A stretch of 63,842 nucleotides of DNA, counting the filler, from Deltaproteobacteria bacterium (GTDB lineage Bacteria > JAUYMQ01): assembly GCA_030698575.1 (NCBI GenBank). It is 9 parts of 9 records of this genome, joined end to end, with 100 filler letters (N's around TTAATTAATTAA, not from the genome) between each part and the next. Parts side by side here need not be neighbours in the genome. Positions count along the whole stretch, not along the records: positions 1 to 12,518 come from JAUYMQ010000610.1; 8 more parts are not named here. The stretch is one strand, 5' to 3'. This document shows, piece after piece, positions 1 through 9,024 of the stretch (its first letter is position 1; every line of letters starts with the position of its first letter). The notes below the pieces were generated by a model. The model did no database searches. It was not told the origin of the DNA and saw only the letters and a program-made list of their open reading frames with translations. Both the position numbers and the translations under genes were made by a program.

Positions 1-56
1 GGAGCGCGAGGGTGGCGGGCACGTCCGGTCCCGCCCGAGCCAGTACGGGATAGGCC

Positions 57-1295
57 ATGGCCAAGGATCGACGCGAGCCGAAGCAGCCCGGAGGGGGACG
101 TTCCGGGGAGAAGTCGCCGGACGGCAAGCCGGGAATAGGAACGCGGAGCGTGCGCGCCGGCGAGGATTCCCCGAACCCCTACCACTCCATCACCCAGCCC
201 ATCGTCCAGGCCGCCACCTACACGTTCCGCAACTCGGCCGAGCTGCTCGACTTCAAGGAAGGGCGAATCGAGCGCGACGAGTACGGCCGATACGGAAACC
301 CCACGGTCAGAGCGGTCGAGCGAAAGCTCGCGGCGCTGGACGAGGGCGAGGACGCGCTCCTTTTTTCTTCCGGCATGAGCGCGGTGACGACCACGCTGCT
401 GGCGTTCCTCGCCCCCGGTGCCCACATGATTCTCACCGAGGAGTGCTACCGGCGCACCCGGCAATTCTGCACGACTCTGCTCTCGCGTTACGGCGTCGAG
501 ACTTCTCTCGTGGCCCCGGGTGATGTCCAGCGGGTGGCTGCCCTCATCCGGCCCGAGACCCGCCTCATCCTGACCGAGTCGCCGACGAATCCCTACCTGC
601 ACGTCATCGATCTCGATGCGCTCACGGGCCTCGCCCGGGAGCGTGGCGTGAAGATCATGATCGACTCGACGTTCGCCACTCCCTACAACCAGCGGCCGCT
701 CACTTTCGGCGTCGATCTGGTGATACACAGCGGGACGAAGTACCTGGCGGGGCATAACGACGTGATGGCCGGGGCCGTTGTCGGCGGGGCGTCGCTCGTC
801 AGCGCGCTCCGTGATCTGCAGGGGATCCTCGGGTGTGTGCTCGATGCGCACGCCGCTTACCTCTTCCTTCGCGGACTCAAGACCTTCGAACTGCGCATGG
901 CACGCCACAACGAGAACGGCGCCGCGGTGGCGCGGTTCCTCGAATCGCACAGGAAGGTCCGGAAGGTCTATTACCCGGGCCTTGAAGGGCACCCTTCTTA
1001 CAAGGTGGCCCGGGAGCAGATGAGCGGCCACGGCGGCGTGGTGAGCTTCGAGATCGACGGCGACTTCGAGGCGTCGAACGCCTTCATCGACAGGCTTCGC
1101 ATCCCGCGCATCGCACCGAGCCTGGGGGGCGTGGAGAGCCTGGTCGAGAATGTGGCGCTGATGAGCTACTACGAACTCGGGCCGGAGGGGTGGCGCGAGA
1201 TGGGCATCGCCGACTCGCTGGTGCGCTACTCGGCGGGAATCGAGGACGCCGACGACATCATCGCGGATCTGAAGCAGAGCCTGGATCAGGTCTAG
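57..1295 (+). CDS. metB: PLP-dependent cystathionine gamma-synthase (Cys/Met metabolism family)
   Basis: YGRYGNPT, SSGMSA, ESPTNP, DSTFATP, HSGTKYLAGHNDV (PLP lysine) and SLGGVESL motifs. Exact specificity within the family is uncertain. Confidence 0.8.
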   Translation: MAKDRREPKQPGGGRSGEKSPDGKPGIGTRSVRAGEDSPNPYHSITQPIVQAATYTFRNSAELLDFKEGRIERDEYGRYGNPTVRAVERKLAALDEGEDALLFSSGMSAVTTTLLAFLAPGAHMILTEECYRRTRQFCTTLLSRYGVETSLVAPGDVQRVAALIRPETRLILTESPTNPYLHVIDLDALTGLARERGVKIMIDSTFATPYNQRPLTFGVDLVIHSGTKYLAGHNDVMAGAVVGGASLVSALRDLQGILGCVLDAHAAYLFLRGLKTFELRMARHNENGAAVARFLESHRKVRKVYYPGLEGHPSYKVAREQMSGHGGVVSFEIDGDFEASNAFIDRLRIPRIAPSLGGVESLVENVALMSYYELGPEGWREMGIADSLVRYSAGIEDADDIIADLKQSLDQV

Positions 1296-1373
1296 GTGCG
1301 AGCGGCGGGGTAAGGGGCCCTCGGGGCCCTCGGGGCCAGAGGAAGGGGCGTGCCCGAGCGCGCCCCTTCGGAT

Positions 1374-2024
1374 TCAGAGGGTGCCGGGAGCGCCAGCCGC
1401 ACCCGCCGCCTGGACCGGTTGGGCCCCGCGGGCAAGCGGCTCGAAGCTGGAGACCCGGAAGTTCACATCGAGGAACTGCGAGTTGTCGCTTCGCACCTTG
1501 ATGCGAAGCCGCTTGATCTTCAGCAGCTGGTTCGAATTCTCGATGCGGTAGAGGTAATCGACGAGCTGCTTCAAATTGACGTTCGACAGGCGGATCTCGA
1601 TCACGTTCTCCCTGTAGAGGTCGTTCGGCGGGGCGCTCTTCGGATCCATCGACGTGATCTTGTCCTTGACCTGCGCCTGGTTGGCCATGGTCTCGAGGCG
1701 CGAGAGCACGTTTCCCTGCGGTCCTGCCTGTATCGAGCGCTCGAGCGCCCCTACCTGGCCCTGGATCCGCTCGTAATCCGACTTCAGAATGAGCATCTCG
1801 CGGAGAGCGGCCTCCCGCGCCGCCACCCGGGCCCGGGAATCGTTCATCGGCCCCAGGAGGAGTCCCGAGATGGTCCAGTAGAGCACCCAGAGGCCGATAG
1901 CGATCGCCATGGCGGCGAGCATCTGCCGCTCCCGCGGCGTGCGCTGATCGATGAAGTCCGCGAAGCGGACCTGGTAGCCGTGAAGGGGCTCCATCCAGCG
2001 CGCCATGTTTTCCCGTAGCGCCAT
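1374..2024 (-). CDS. gspM: Type II secretion protein GspM
   Basis: TPRERQML followed by one TM helix, a coiled coil and a ferredoxin-like C-terminus (LKQLVDYLYRIE); directly after gspL. Start moved to ATG at 2024. Confidence 0.85.
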   Translation of the reverse strand: MALRENMARWMEPLHGYQVRFADFIDQRTPRERQMLAAMAIAIGLWVLYWTISGLLLGPMNDSRARVAAREAALREMLILKSDYERIQGQVGALERSIQAGPQGNVLSRLETMANQAQVKDKITSMDPKSAPPNDLYRENVIEIRLSNVNLKQLVDYLYRIENSNQLLKIKRLRIKVRSDNSQFLDVNFRVSSFEPLARGAQPVQAAGAAGAPGTL

Positions 2025-2025
2025 G

Positions 2026-3642
2026 TCAGGTCCCCTCCCCGCCGTCGGCGGCGGGCGCCGCGGCAGGCGGTGGTGCCTCGGGCCGCACCTCGCGCGAACC
2101 CATGGTGATCGTGACGTCGAAGCTCTTGCCGCCGCCCCGGTCGGCCTGAACCTGCCCCACGTTGACTTCCTTGAAGAAAGGGATCTTCTCGAGCTCGGAC
2201 TTGACGCGCTCGGCCAGTTCGAAACTCTGCGTGATGCCCTGGAGGCGAATGCGGTCCTCGTCAATCGAGAGCATGCTCAGAGTGACATCCAGCCCGGGGG
2301 GAACACGGCTCGAAATCTCGCGAAGCACGTCGAGTGCGGTCACGTTGCCGGCGTAGAGCCCCAGGGTCTCGGTGCGGCGCTTCATCTCGGCCAGGCTCAG
2401 GCGCATCTGGGCCAGCGGATCGACGATGCGGGTGACATTGGGGTTCGTCTCGCGAAATACCTGCTCGATGCGGGCATCGATCTCCGCGCTGATCGCGCGG
2501 TTCTTCATCGTCTTGACGACAACGCTTCCGATCAGGAGCAGGAGGAGCGCCGTCGCTATGACCAGGCTCGGCATGAATTTCCGCCGGACAACGTCGAAGT
2601 CCCGGCGGTAAACGAACTCTTCGCGGCGCAGGTTGAGCTCGGAGACGGGCGCCGCGAGCGAGCCGCGAAGCGAAAGGCCCAGCGCCTGGGGCAGGATGGG
2701 CACTTCGTCCGCGCTCACCCGCCATATGAGCCGCTCGTCATTTCGCAGTGCCATTGGCGCGCAGGGGATGCCCACCCTGTCCTGAAGGAATTCCGCCATC
2801 CCTCGCGCCCGGGAAGTGCCTCCACAGAGGATTAGCTTGTCGGGGCGGCCGAGCTTGGTGTTCTCGGGGGCGGCGAGCGTGCGGTCGATTTCCTGCGCGA
2901 GGCGGTCGAGGGTCCGGGCGAAGACAGGCGTGGAACGCCCAAGCAGGCTGAGCCCCTCCTCGTGCTTGCGGCGCTCGGCCTCGGCAAGCTCGGCGCCGAG
3001 ATCCTGGGCCAGCGCGGCTGTCAGCGCCTTTCCTCCTATGGGAATGGTGCGGACCGAGTGAAGCTTGCGGTCGCGCAATCCGCTGAGGCAGGTCTTCTCG
3101 TGACCCAGATCGACGAGGAAGATGTACCCCTCTCCTCCCTCGATGAAGGGCGCGACGTTGGCGAGGGCGGTCGCGTCGAGCTCGAGAACTCGCGGATCGA
3201 CACCGCCCGATTCGAGCGTAGCCAGCAGATCTCCCAGCGCATCGCGCTGCACGAGTCCAACGAGCACGTCGGCGCCGGCCGCAGAGCGCTCGATCACCTG
3301 GTAGTCGAGAACCAGGTCTTCGATCTCGTAGGGTACTTGCGACTCGACCTCGAAGGGCACCGCCTGGCGGATCTTCTTCAGGTCACCGAAGGGTAGATGA
3401 AGCCGGCGGAAGGAGGCCATCTGGCCGGGGAACGCGCAAATCAAATCGGCGCCGGCAAGGTCTTCGTTCTGGCGGTACTTGGTAATGGCGCGCCGGATGG
3501 TTTCGGCGGCGCTTTCGTCGCTCGCGGCGTCCCTCGGCATCTGCATGAATCGGCGCACCTCGAGCCGACCCAGCCCGCCGCGGCTCAGGACCGCCTTCAC
3601 GCTGTAGCTTCCGATGTCGAGACCGAGCACGCGTCGATACAA
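2026..3642 (-). CDS. gspL: Type II secretion protein GspL (PilM-like actin-fold cytoplasmic domain + PilN-like periplasmic part)
   Basis: LGLDIGSYSVK, VDLGHEKT and LCGGTSR actin-fold motifs; LNLRR + TM helix; operon position. Confidence 0.85.
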   Translation of the reverse strand: MYRRVLGLDIGSYSVKAVLSRGGLGRLEVRRFMQMPRDAASDESAAETIRRAITKYRQNEDLAGADLICAFPGQMASFRRLHLPFGDLKKIRQAVPFEVESQVPYEIEDLVLDYQVIERSAAGADVLVGLVQRDALGDLLATLESGGVDPRVLELDATALANVAPFIEGGEGYIFLVDLGHEKTCLSGLRDRKLHSVRTIPIGGKALTAALAQDLGAELAEAERRKHEEGLSLLGRSTPVFARTLDRLAQEIDRTLAAPENTKLGRPDKLILCGGTSRARGMAEFLQDRVGIPCAPMALRNDERLIWRVSADEVPILPQALGLSLRGSLAAPVSELNLRREEFVYRRDFDVVRRKFMPSLVIATALLLLLIGSVVVKTMKNRAISAEIDARIEQVFRETNPNVTRIVDPLAQMRLSLAEMKRRTETLGLYAGNVTALDVLREISSRVPPGLDVTLSMLSIDEDRIRLQGITQSFELAERVKSELEKIPFFKEVNVGQVQADRGGGKSFDVTITMGSREVRPEAPPPAAAPAADGGEGT

Positions 3643-3780
3643 TTCTGTGTCTCCACTCTTCGGGCGGGCGCCGCCCGGTGTTCATTCTAGCAGGCCCCGG
3701 GTATCACGCACGCACCCATCGTGCCGGTCGCCCGGCGGGAAGGGGGCGCTTCCCTGCATCGGCGCCCCGGGCCCGTTCCT

Positions 3781-4932
3781 TCAATCCATCCGCCAGTAGA
3801 GCACCCGGGGCTGGCCATCCTTGCGCTCAATGACCGCATCGAGCCGCGAGCGGCTCTCGTTCACTCGCGCCACGGCCCGGATGCGGAAGACATTGCTGGC
3901 GAACCCGAGCGTGGGCGAAAAGGCCGTTGTGGGATCCACACCGAGAAGATCCCGGAATTCCGTCAGATCGGCAATCCCGATGCCTTGTTTACGGGCATCG
4001 AGAATACGGCCCACGCTCTCCTCGCTGAGCGGCTCGGGTGAGGATGTGGCGTCGTTCTCGCGCATGCCGATTGAACGGAGCACGCGCTCGGGCGCCGTGT
4101 TTACGTTGATCGCCCCGCCCCCGTCAAAGGGGTAGACCGTCACCGCGTCGCGAATAAGGGCGAAGAGCTTGTCGTCGACGCCCTCCACGAGTTGCAGTTC
4201 CGCCACTGAATCGAAAGGGCCGTTCTTTGAGGAGTAGGCATCTTTCAGGCTGTTGTAATACTGATCCTCGAAGCTGCCGTCCGAGAGCCGCGTCTCGTCG
4301 CCGTCGACCCAGTCGGCCACGGCGTAGGCGAAGTCTTCTCCGTCGAAATCCTTGATTTCCCCCTCGTCCTTCCGGTCGAGCGAATCCAGCGCCTCCTGCA
4401 CCAGGATCTTCAGCTCGTCGAACACCGGCCGGTTGAGCTTCTGGGCGCCCGAGGCGTCGCGGATGATGATGGCGTTCACATTGACCCTGCCTGCGAGATC
4501 GTCCACCTCGACACGGAGCGACTCATTGGGCCGGAGCTGCAAATCGAGAAGATCCATTCGTGCCCAGGATTCCTGGAGTGTGTCGATCCCCGAAGCGCCG
4601 GCAGGCGCCCCCGCCTTTTTGCTCTTCTCCGTCGCGTCTGCTTCGTCGCGGGCCTTTTGCAGGAGTTCACTGACGGCTGTGTTCTCGGCCGGTGCGCCGC
4701 CCGTTCCCCCGCTCTCTGTCGCCGCCGCCGCGTCGTCCAGAAGGAGGCTGAGCGCGATCTCGTAACCCGATCGCGAGAGCGCGGATGCAAGCGCGGTGTC
4801 GCGCACATTGGCCGAAAGGCGCGAGTCGAGCCGCGTTCTGAAGCTGAAATCGATGATAACGGCCGTGAGCAGAGTGATAACGAGCACCACCATCAGAAGC
4901 GCGACGCCCCGCTCGCCATCACGGTTTCGCAT
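3781..4932 (-). CDS. gspK: Minor pseudopilin GspK
   Basis: ERG|VALLMVV prepilin site, DLAGRVNVN, ADWVDGD, KNGPFDSVAELQLVEG and INVNTAPERVL motifs. Start at ATG 4932. Confidence 0.9.
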   Translation of the reverse strand: MRNRDGERGVALLMVVLVITLLTAVIIDFSFRTRLDSRLSANVRDTALASALSRSGYEIALSLLLDDAAAATESGGTGGAPAENTAVSELLQKARDEADATEKSKKAGAPAGASGIDTLQESWARMDLLDLQLRPNESLRVEVDDLAGRVNVNAIIIRDASGAQKLNRPVFDELKILVQEALDSLDRKDEGEIKDFDGEDFAYAVADWVDGDETRLSDGSFEDQYYNSLKDAYSSKNGPFDSVAELQLVEGVDDKLFALIRDAVTVYPFDGGGAINVNTAPERVLRSIGMRENDATSSPEPLSEESVGRILDARKQGIGIADLTEFRDLLGVDPTTAFSPTLGFASNVFRIRAVARVNESRSRLDAVIERKDGQPRVLYWRMD

Positions 4933-5794
4933 CGGCGCCTCCGATTCCCGGCAGGACGGGGTTCGCTCCCCGCCCGGGGGGCGCGCCCTTGCCCGCCGAT
5001 TCTTTCTGAGGGTTCTTCCCGGACTCATCCTCCGATGCATCGCCCTCCGATTCATCGTCCTCGATGACGGTTTCGCCCTCCTGCGGCGGCGCGTTGCGGG
5101 TGATTGGTTCGATCCGGGGCGAGGCGACCGTCACATAGTCCCGGACGATTCCGCGGCCGTCGTCGAGGCTGAGCGTGATCTCCACAGCGCTCGGAAGGGC
5201 ATCGAGGGTGCGGATGTCCTCCGAGTTCCACAACTCGGTCCAATCACCGCCTTCCGGCTCCATGAAGCGAAGCTTGAACCCCTCAATCCCCTCGGCAAGG
5301 GAAACGGGAACGGGATCGTAGAACTGGGTTTCACCGGGCGGCGCGACACGTCGCCACTCCCGCCGGATGAGCGCGAGCTGCTGGCCCTCGCCGTTATCAG
5401 TAGGGCGCATCTCGCATTCATATGCGATGACGGACTGATCCGATTCATCGGCGTCCAGGGCGCGCTTCGTGTGGGCGAAAGTGGTGAACGACAGCTTGGC
5501 GGCCGGATGCCCATCGACGGTGTCCTCGGAGCCGTCGAAAAAGGTGTAGCGCGACTCCGGGGGGGCGTTCTCCGGGCGTTGGACGATGTACGCACTCTCA
5601 ATCTCACGGGAAAGGCGAGAGAGCACGAGCCTTGCGGTCATGTTGCTGTTCGTGCTCGCCGAGACCCGCTCGCGCGTGTCCATGACGGCCTGGAAACTCG
5701 AATAGACCATGCCGAGGACAATCGACGTGATCACGATCGCGATCATGACCTCGATTAGCGTGAATCCGCCGCGGTCGGTGGGCGCGCCTCTCAC
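4919..5794 (-). CDS. gspJ: Minor pseudopilin GspJ
   Basis: GG|FTLIEV prepilin site and C-terminal W..LPSAVEITL motif; GTG start overlaps the gspI stop. Confidence 0.85.
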   Translation of the reverse strand: MRGAPTDRGGFTLIEVMIAIVITSIVLGMVYSSFQAVMDTRERVSASTNSNMTARLVLSRLSREIESAYIVQRPENAPPESRYTFFDGSEDTVDGHPAAKLSFTTFAHTKRALDADESDQSVIAYECEMRPTDNGEGQQLALIRREWRRVAPPGETQFYDPVPVSLAEGIEGFKLRFMEPEGGDWTELWNSEDIRTLDALPSAVEITLSLDDGRGIVRDYVTVASPRIEPITRNAPPQEGETVIEDDESEGDASEDESGKNPQKESAGKGAPPGRGANPVLPGIGGADAKP

Positions 5795-6414
5795 TCTCCG
5801 CCTCCCGCCGGCGGGCCCGGGGCCGCCGGCGCCGGAGCTCCGACCGACGGCGGCGCATCGGTTTCCTCCGCGGGGATCGAGAGGTATTCGGTGAAGCTCA
5901 GCGAGCCTTCGCGCACCCCCGCCGGCCAAAAGACGGTCAGCGTGAGCTTCTGCATCGGTGTGGGCTCGGACTCCTTGCCGCCGCCGGCCAGCGCCGCGCC
6001 GCCACCGGCTTTATTGCCGCCCGTCCCGGCGCTGCCCGTCGCCTCGCTCTCCGATGACACTGTCTTTGGGGTCTCGAGCGCGGTGAAGTCGAAGGGCACC
6101 TCGACCTCCTCCATCTCCATCGTCCATCGCCAGTGCGGAAATGCCTCCCCGAAATCACCCTCGCTCTCCTCCTCGATCTCGTCCGTCTCGATTCGAAGGG
6201 CCGCGAGCCGCTCCTGGGCGAGAAGCGTCGCCGTGGTGATCTCCTGCGAGCTGGCCCGCAGGAGCACCGACTGGCTATTCGCGCGGAGCAGGCTCAGAAG
6301 CGCGATCGACAGGATCACCACCGCCGCCATGACCTCGATGATGGTGAAGCCCCTCGGGTCGGTGGCCGGATTCGCCGCGCGACTCGATGGGGACCGCCGG
6401 ACGGGCGCATTCAT
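5791..6414 (-). CDS. gspI: Minor pseudopilin GspI
   Basis: RG|FTIIEV site, ATLLAQERL..GDFG..FPHWRW; position between gspH and gspJ. Confidence 0.85.
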   Translation of the reverse strand: MNAPVRRSPSSRAANPATDPRGFTIIEVMAAVVILSIALLSLLRANSQSVLLRASSQEITTATLLAQERLAALRIETDEIEEESEGDFGEAFPHWRWTMEMEEVEVPFDFTALETPKTVSSESEATGSAGTGGNKAGGGAALAGGGKESEPTPMQKLTLTVFWPAGVREGSLSFTEYLSIPAEETDAPPSVGAPAPAAPGPPAGGGE

Positions 6415-7076
6415 CGCCGATCCTCCCGCATCTCAACGTCGAATTGGACGTGTCCCGGCAGCACCTTTACCCGGCCGCTCACGGGCGAGGCGTAGAGCGT
6501 GTACTCGGCGCCACGCCTGTCGGCCATGTAGATCACGGTCGGCTCGACATAGCCGTCGGGAAAGAAATGGGTGTAGGCCTCTCCATCCGTTGTCTCCTCG
6601 ATGTACTGGGTTTCCACCGAGGTGATGATCACGCCTGCAGGAAGATTGACAGGTTGGGAGAGGATGCTCCGGTCGGCGACGTAGTAGGGGACGCCGGCCT
6701 CCTCGCCGCCGTTCCCGGCTCCCTCCTCGCTGCCGCTGTTGTCCCCCTCTTCGCCCCCCGGCTCGTCATCGTCGCCTGCCGGGTCCACGAAGCGATCGAG
6801 CCAGTAACGCGATGAGGCGAGATCGTATGTGAGACGCAGGGTCTCGTGGCGGAACACCGACTGGTGGAAGACATGCTCGATGGTGGCGGCAAGGCTGATC
6901 GCGCTGCGCTTGAGATCGGCGTGGGTGCGTTCGCGGAACTGCGGGAGCGCGAGCGTGAAAAGGAGCCCGATAACCACCAGCACCGCCACCATCTCGATGA
7001 GGGTGAAGCCGCGGGCGTCAGTCGCCCGGCGCAGCCGGGCGGGGGGTGATACGGCGTCGCGGGGGCCCCGGGTCAT
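6411..7076 (-). CDS. gspH: Minor pseudopilin GspH
   Basis: RG|FTLIEM site and FFPDG motif; follows gspG with an ATGA overlap. Confidence 0.8.
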   Translation of the reverse strand: MTRGPRDAVSPPARLRRATDARGFTLIEMVAVLVVIGLLFTLALPQFRERTHADLKRSAISLAATIEHVFHQSVFRHETLRLTYDLASSRYWLDRFVDPAGDDDEPGGEEGDNSGSEEGAGNGGEEAGVPYYVADRSILSQPVNLPAGVIITSVETQYIEETTDGEAYTHFFPDGYVEPTVIYMADRRGAEYTLYASPVSGRVKVLPGHVQFDVEMREDRR

Positions 7077-7642
7077 CGGGCGGCGGTGGACTGGCCTTCG
7101 TCCGGCGCGGCCTGCCAGTTGCCGATGTCGGCGCTCTCGCCGTCGCCCCCGTCCTGGCCGTCCTTGCCCCGCGTCCAGACATCGAAGCTGTCGGCGTTGC
7201 GAACACCGGGGCTCATGTACAGGTAGTCGTTGCCCCAGCGGTCCTTCGGCACGGCGCTCTGGCCCTTCAGGTACGGGCCGTTCCAGGCCGAGGGCGCCGG
7301 CTCACTGGTGGGCTTCAGAAGGAGCGACTCCAGCCCTTGCTCAGTGGTCGGGTAGAAACCGTTGTCGAGGCGGTACTGTGCGAGCGCGGTTTCGAGTCCC
7401 CCGATGTCGGCCCTGGATTTTACAATCTCGGCGGTGCCGAGCTGCTAGGTCAGGTTGGTGGCCACCACCGTCAGCAGGAGGCCGATGATGACGACCACGA
7501 CCATGATCTCGATCAAGGTGAAGCCCGATTGCGCTTTAGCCAGCCGCTCCAGCGCGCCTGCCGGGCGCGGCGTGGCCGCATTGACGCGCGCTTCTCCGGC
7601 GCGCCATCCGTCGAATGAGAAAACTTCGGAATTGATTTTCAT
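7073..7642 (-). pseudogene. gspG: Major pseudopilin GspG interrupted by one in-frame TAG (7445-7447)
   Basis: SG|FTLIEIMVVVVIIGLL..TNLT*QLGTAE.. continues in the same frame through ALAQYRLDNGFYPTTEQGLESL, WNGPYL, PKDRWGNDYLY and GKDGQDGGDGESADIGNW to TGA at 7073-7075. Confidence 0.9.
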
Positions 7643-7700
7643 GGTTGTGAACCTCTCGTCTTTGCTCGCCGCCCGGGCCTGACGCGCGGGCCGGCTGGCC

Positions 7701-8954
7701 TCACGCGATGATCTGGTTGATGTTGAAGATGGGAATCAGGATTGAAACGATGATCACGCCGACGATCCCCGCCATCACGAGGATCATCATCGGCTCGAGC
7801 CATGAAGTCATCTTTGCGATCGTGGTCTCGACCTCATTGTCGTAAGCCTCGGCGACCTTCGATAGCATTCCCTCCAGTTCGCCCGATCGCTCTCCGATCG
7901 CGATCATGTGCGTGAGGAGCGGCGGAAACTGCCCGCTTCGGGCGAGCGGCTGGGCGACGCTTGCTCCCTCCGTGATGCTCTCGCGTGCCTCGTCCAGCGC
8001 CTTCTCCAGGACCGCATTATCGACAATATTGCGCACGATTTCGAGGCACCGGATCAGCGGAATTCCACTGGCCAGAAGTGTCGAGAGCGTTTTCGAGAAC
8101 CGGGCCACGGCGATGATTCGCACGAGGTGCCCCACCACCGGAACCTTCAGGGTGAAGGCATCCCACACGGGCCGGCCCTGCTCGCCGGCTTTCCACCTCT
8201 GGAACAGCGCCGTGACCAGAAGTGCGGCCCCCGCCACGGCCCACCAAAAGCGCGCCATGAAATCCGAGACCTTGATGAGGATCACGGTCGCGAGGGGCAG
8301 CGGCTGATTGAGGCTCTTGAAGATCTCCGTGAGCTTGGGCACGACGAAGGTTACGAGCACTGCGATGAAGACCGTGGCCATGACCGTCATCACCACGGGA
8401 TAGACGGTGGCCGCCGAGATCTTGTTTTGAAGCCGCACCTGGCTCTCGAGGTAGTCGGCCAGACGATCCAGGACGATTTCGAGCGCGCCGCCGGCCTCTC
8501 CCGCGCGGATCATGTTCACGTAGAGGGGCGAGAAGATGCTTCCGTGCTGGGCCATGGCGTCCGCGAGAGAAACCCCCTCGTTCACGCGCTGGCGAATCTG
8601 CCCGATCGCCAACTGGAGCTTGGGATTGTCCACCTGATCGATGAGAGCGGTCAGCGCCTCGACCAGCGGGATCCCGGCGCCGACCAGAGTCGAGAGCTGC
8701 CGCGTGACAATGGCCTTGTCGCTCTCGCTCACGCGGGTGAGAAGTTGTGTGAGGGAGAACTGCTTCCCGAGAGCCTCGCCGATGAGGGCGCTCGAGGCCA
8801 CGCCGCGGAGATTCTGTCGCTCCTCGTTCAGCTCGGTTGTGAAGATTCCCGAGCGGCGGAGCTTCTGCCGTGCCGTCTTGGGCGTGTCGGCGTCGATGAT
8901 CCCATGGGTGCTGTTACCCGAGGCGTCGAGCCCCTTGTACGCGTAGACTGCCAT
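7701..8954 (-). CDS. gspF: Type II secretion inner-membrane platform protein GspF
   Basis: MAVYAYKGLD start, TRQLSTLVGAGIPL, YVNMIRAGEAGG, IGERSGEL and LEPMMIL motifs. Confidence 0.95.
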   Translation of the reverse strand: MAVYAYKGLDASGNSTHGIIDADTPKTARQKLRRSGIFTTELNEERQNLRGVASSALIGEALGKQFSLTQLLTRVSESDKAIVTRQLSTLVGAGIPLVEALTALIDQVDNPKLQLAIGQIRQRVNEGVSLADAMAQHGSIFSPLYVNMIRAGEAGGALEIVLDRLADYLESQVRLQNKISAATVYPVVMTVMATVFIAVLVTFVVPKLTEIFKSLNQPLPLATVILIKVSDFMARFWWAVAGAALLVTALFQRWKAGEQGRPVWDAFTLKVPVVGHLVRIIAVARFSKTLSTLLASGIPLIRCLEIVRNIVDNAVLEKALDEARESITEGASVAQPLARSGQFPPLLTHMIAIGERSGELEGMLSKVAEAYDNEVETTIAKMTSWLEPMMILVMAGIVGVIIVSILIPIFNINQIIA

Positions 8955-9024
8955 TGCGGCTCGCACGCTCCCGATCCGTGAGGAGGGTTGCCTCCCGTGG
9001 ACTGCGGGAGAGAGAGGATGTGCC

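Noticed and set aside
7073-7642. Genome-wide TAG reassignment
   Set aside because: TAG terminates metB, gspE, gspD, gltX and other genes at their expected C-termini.
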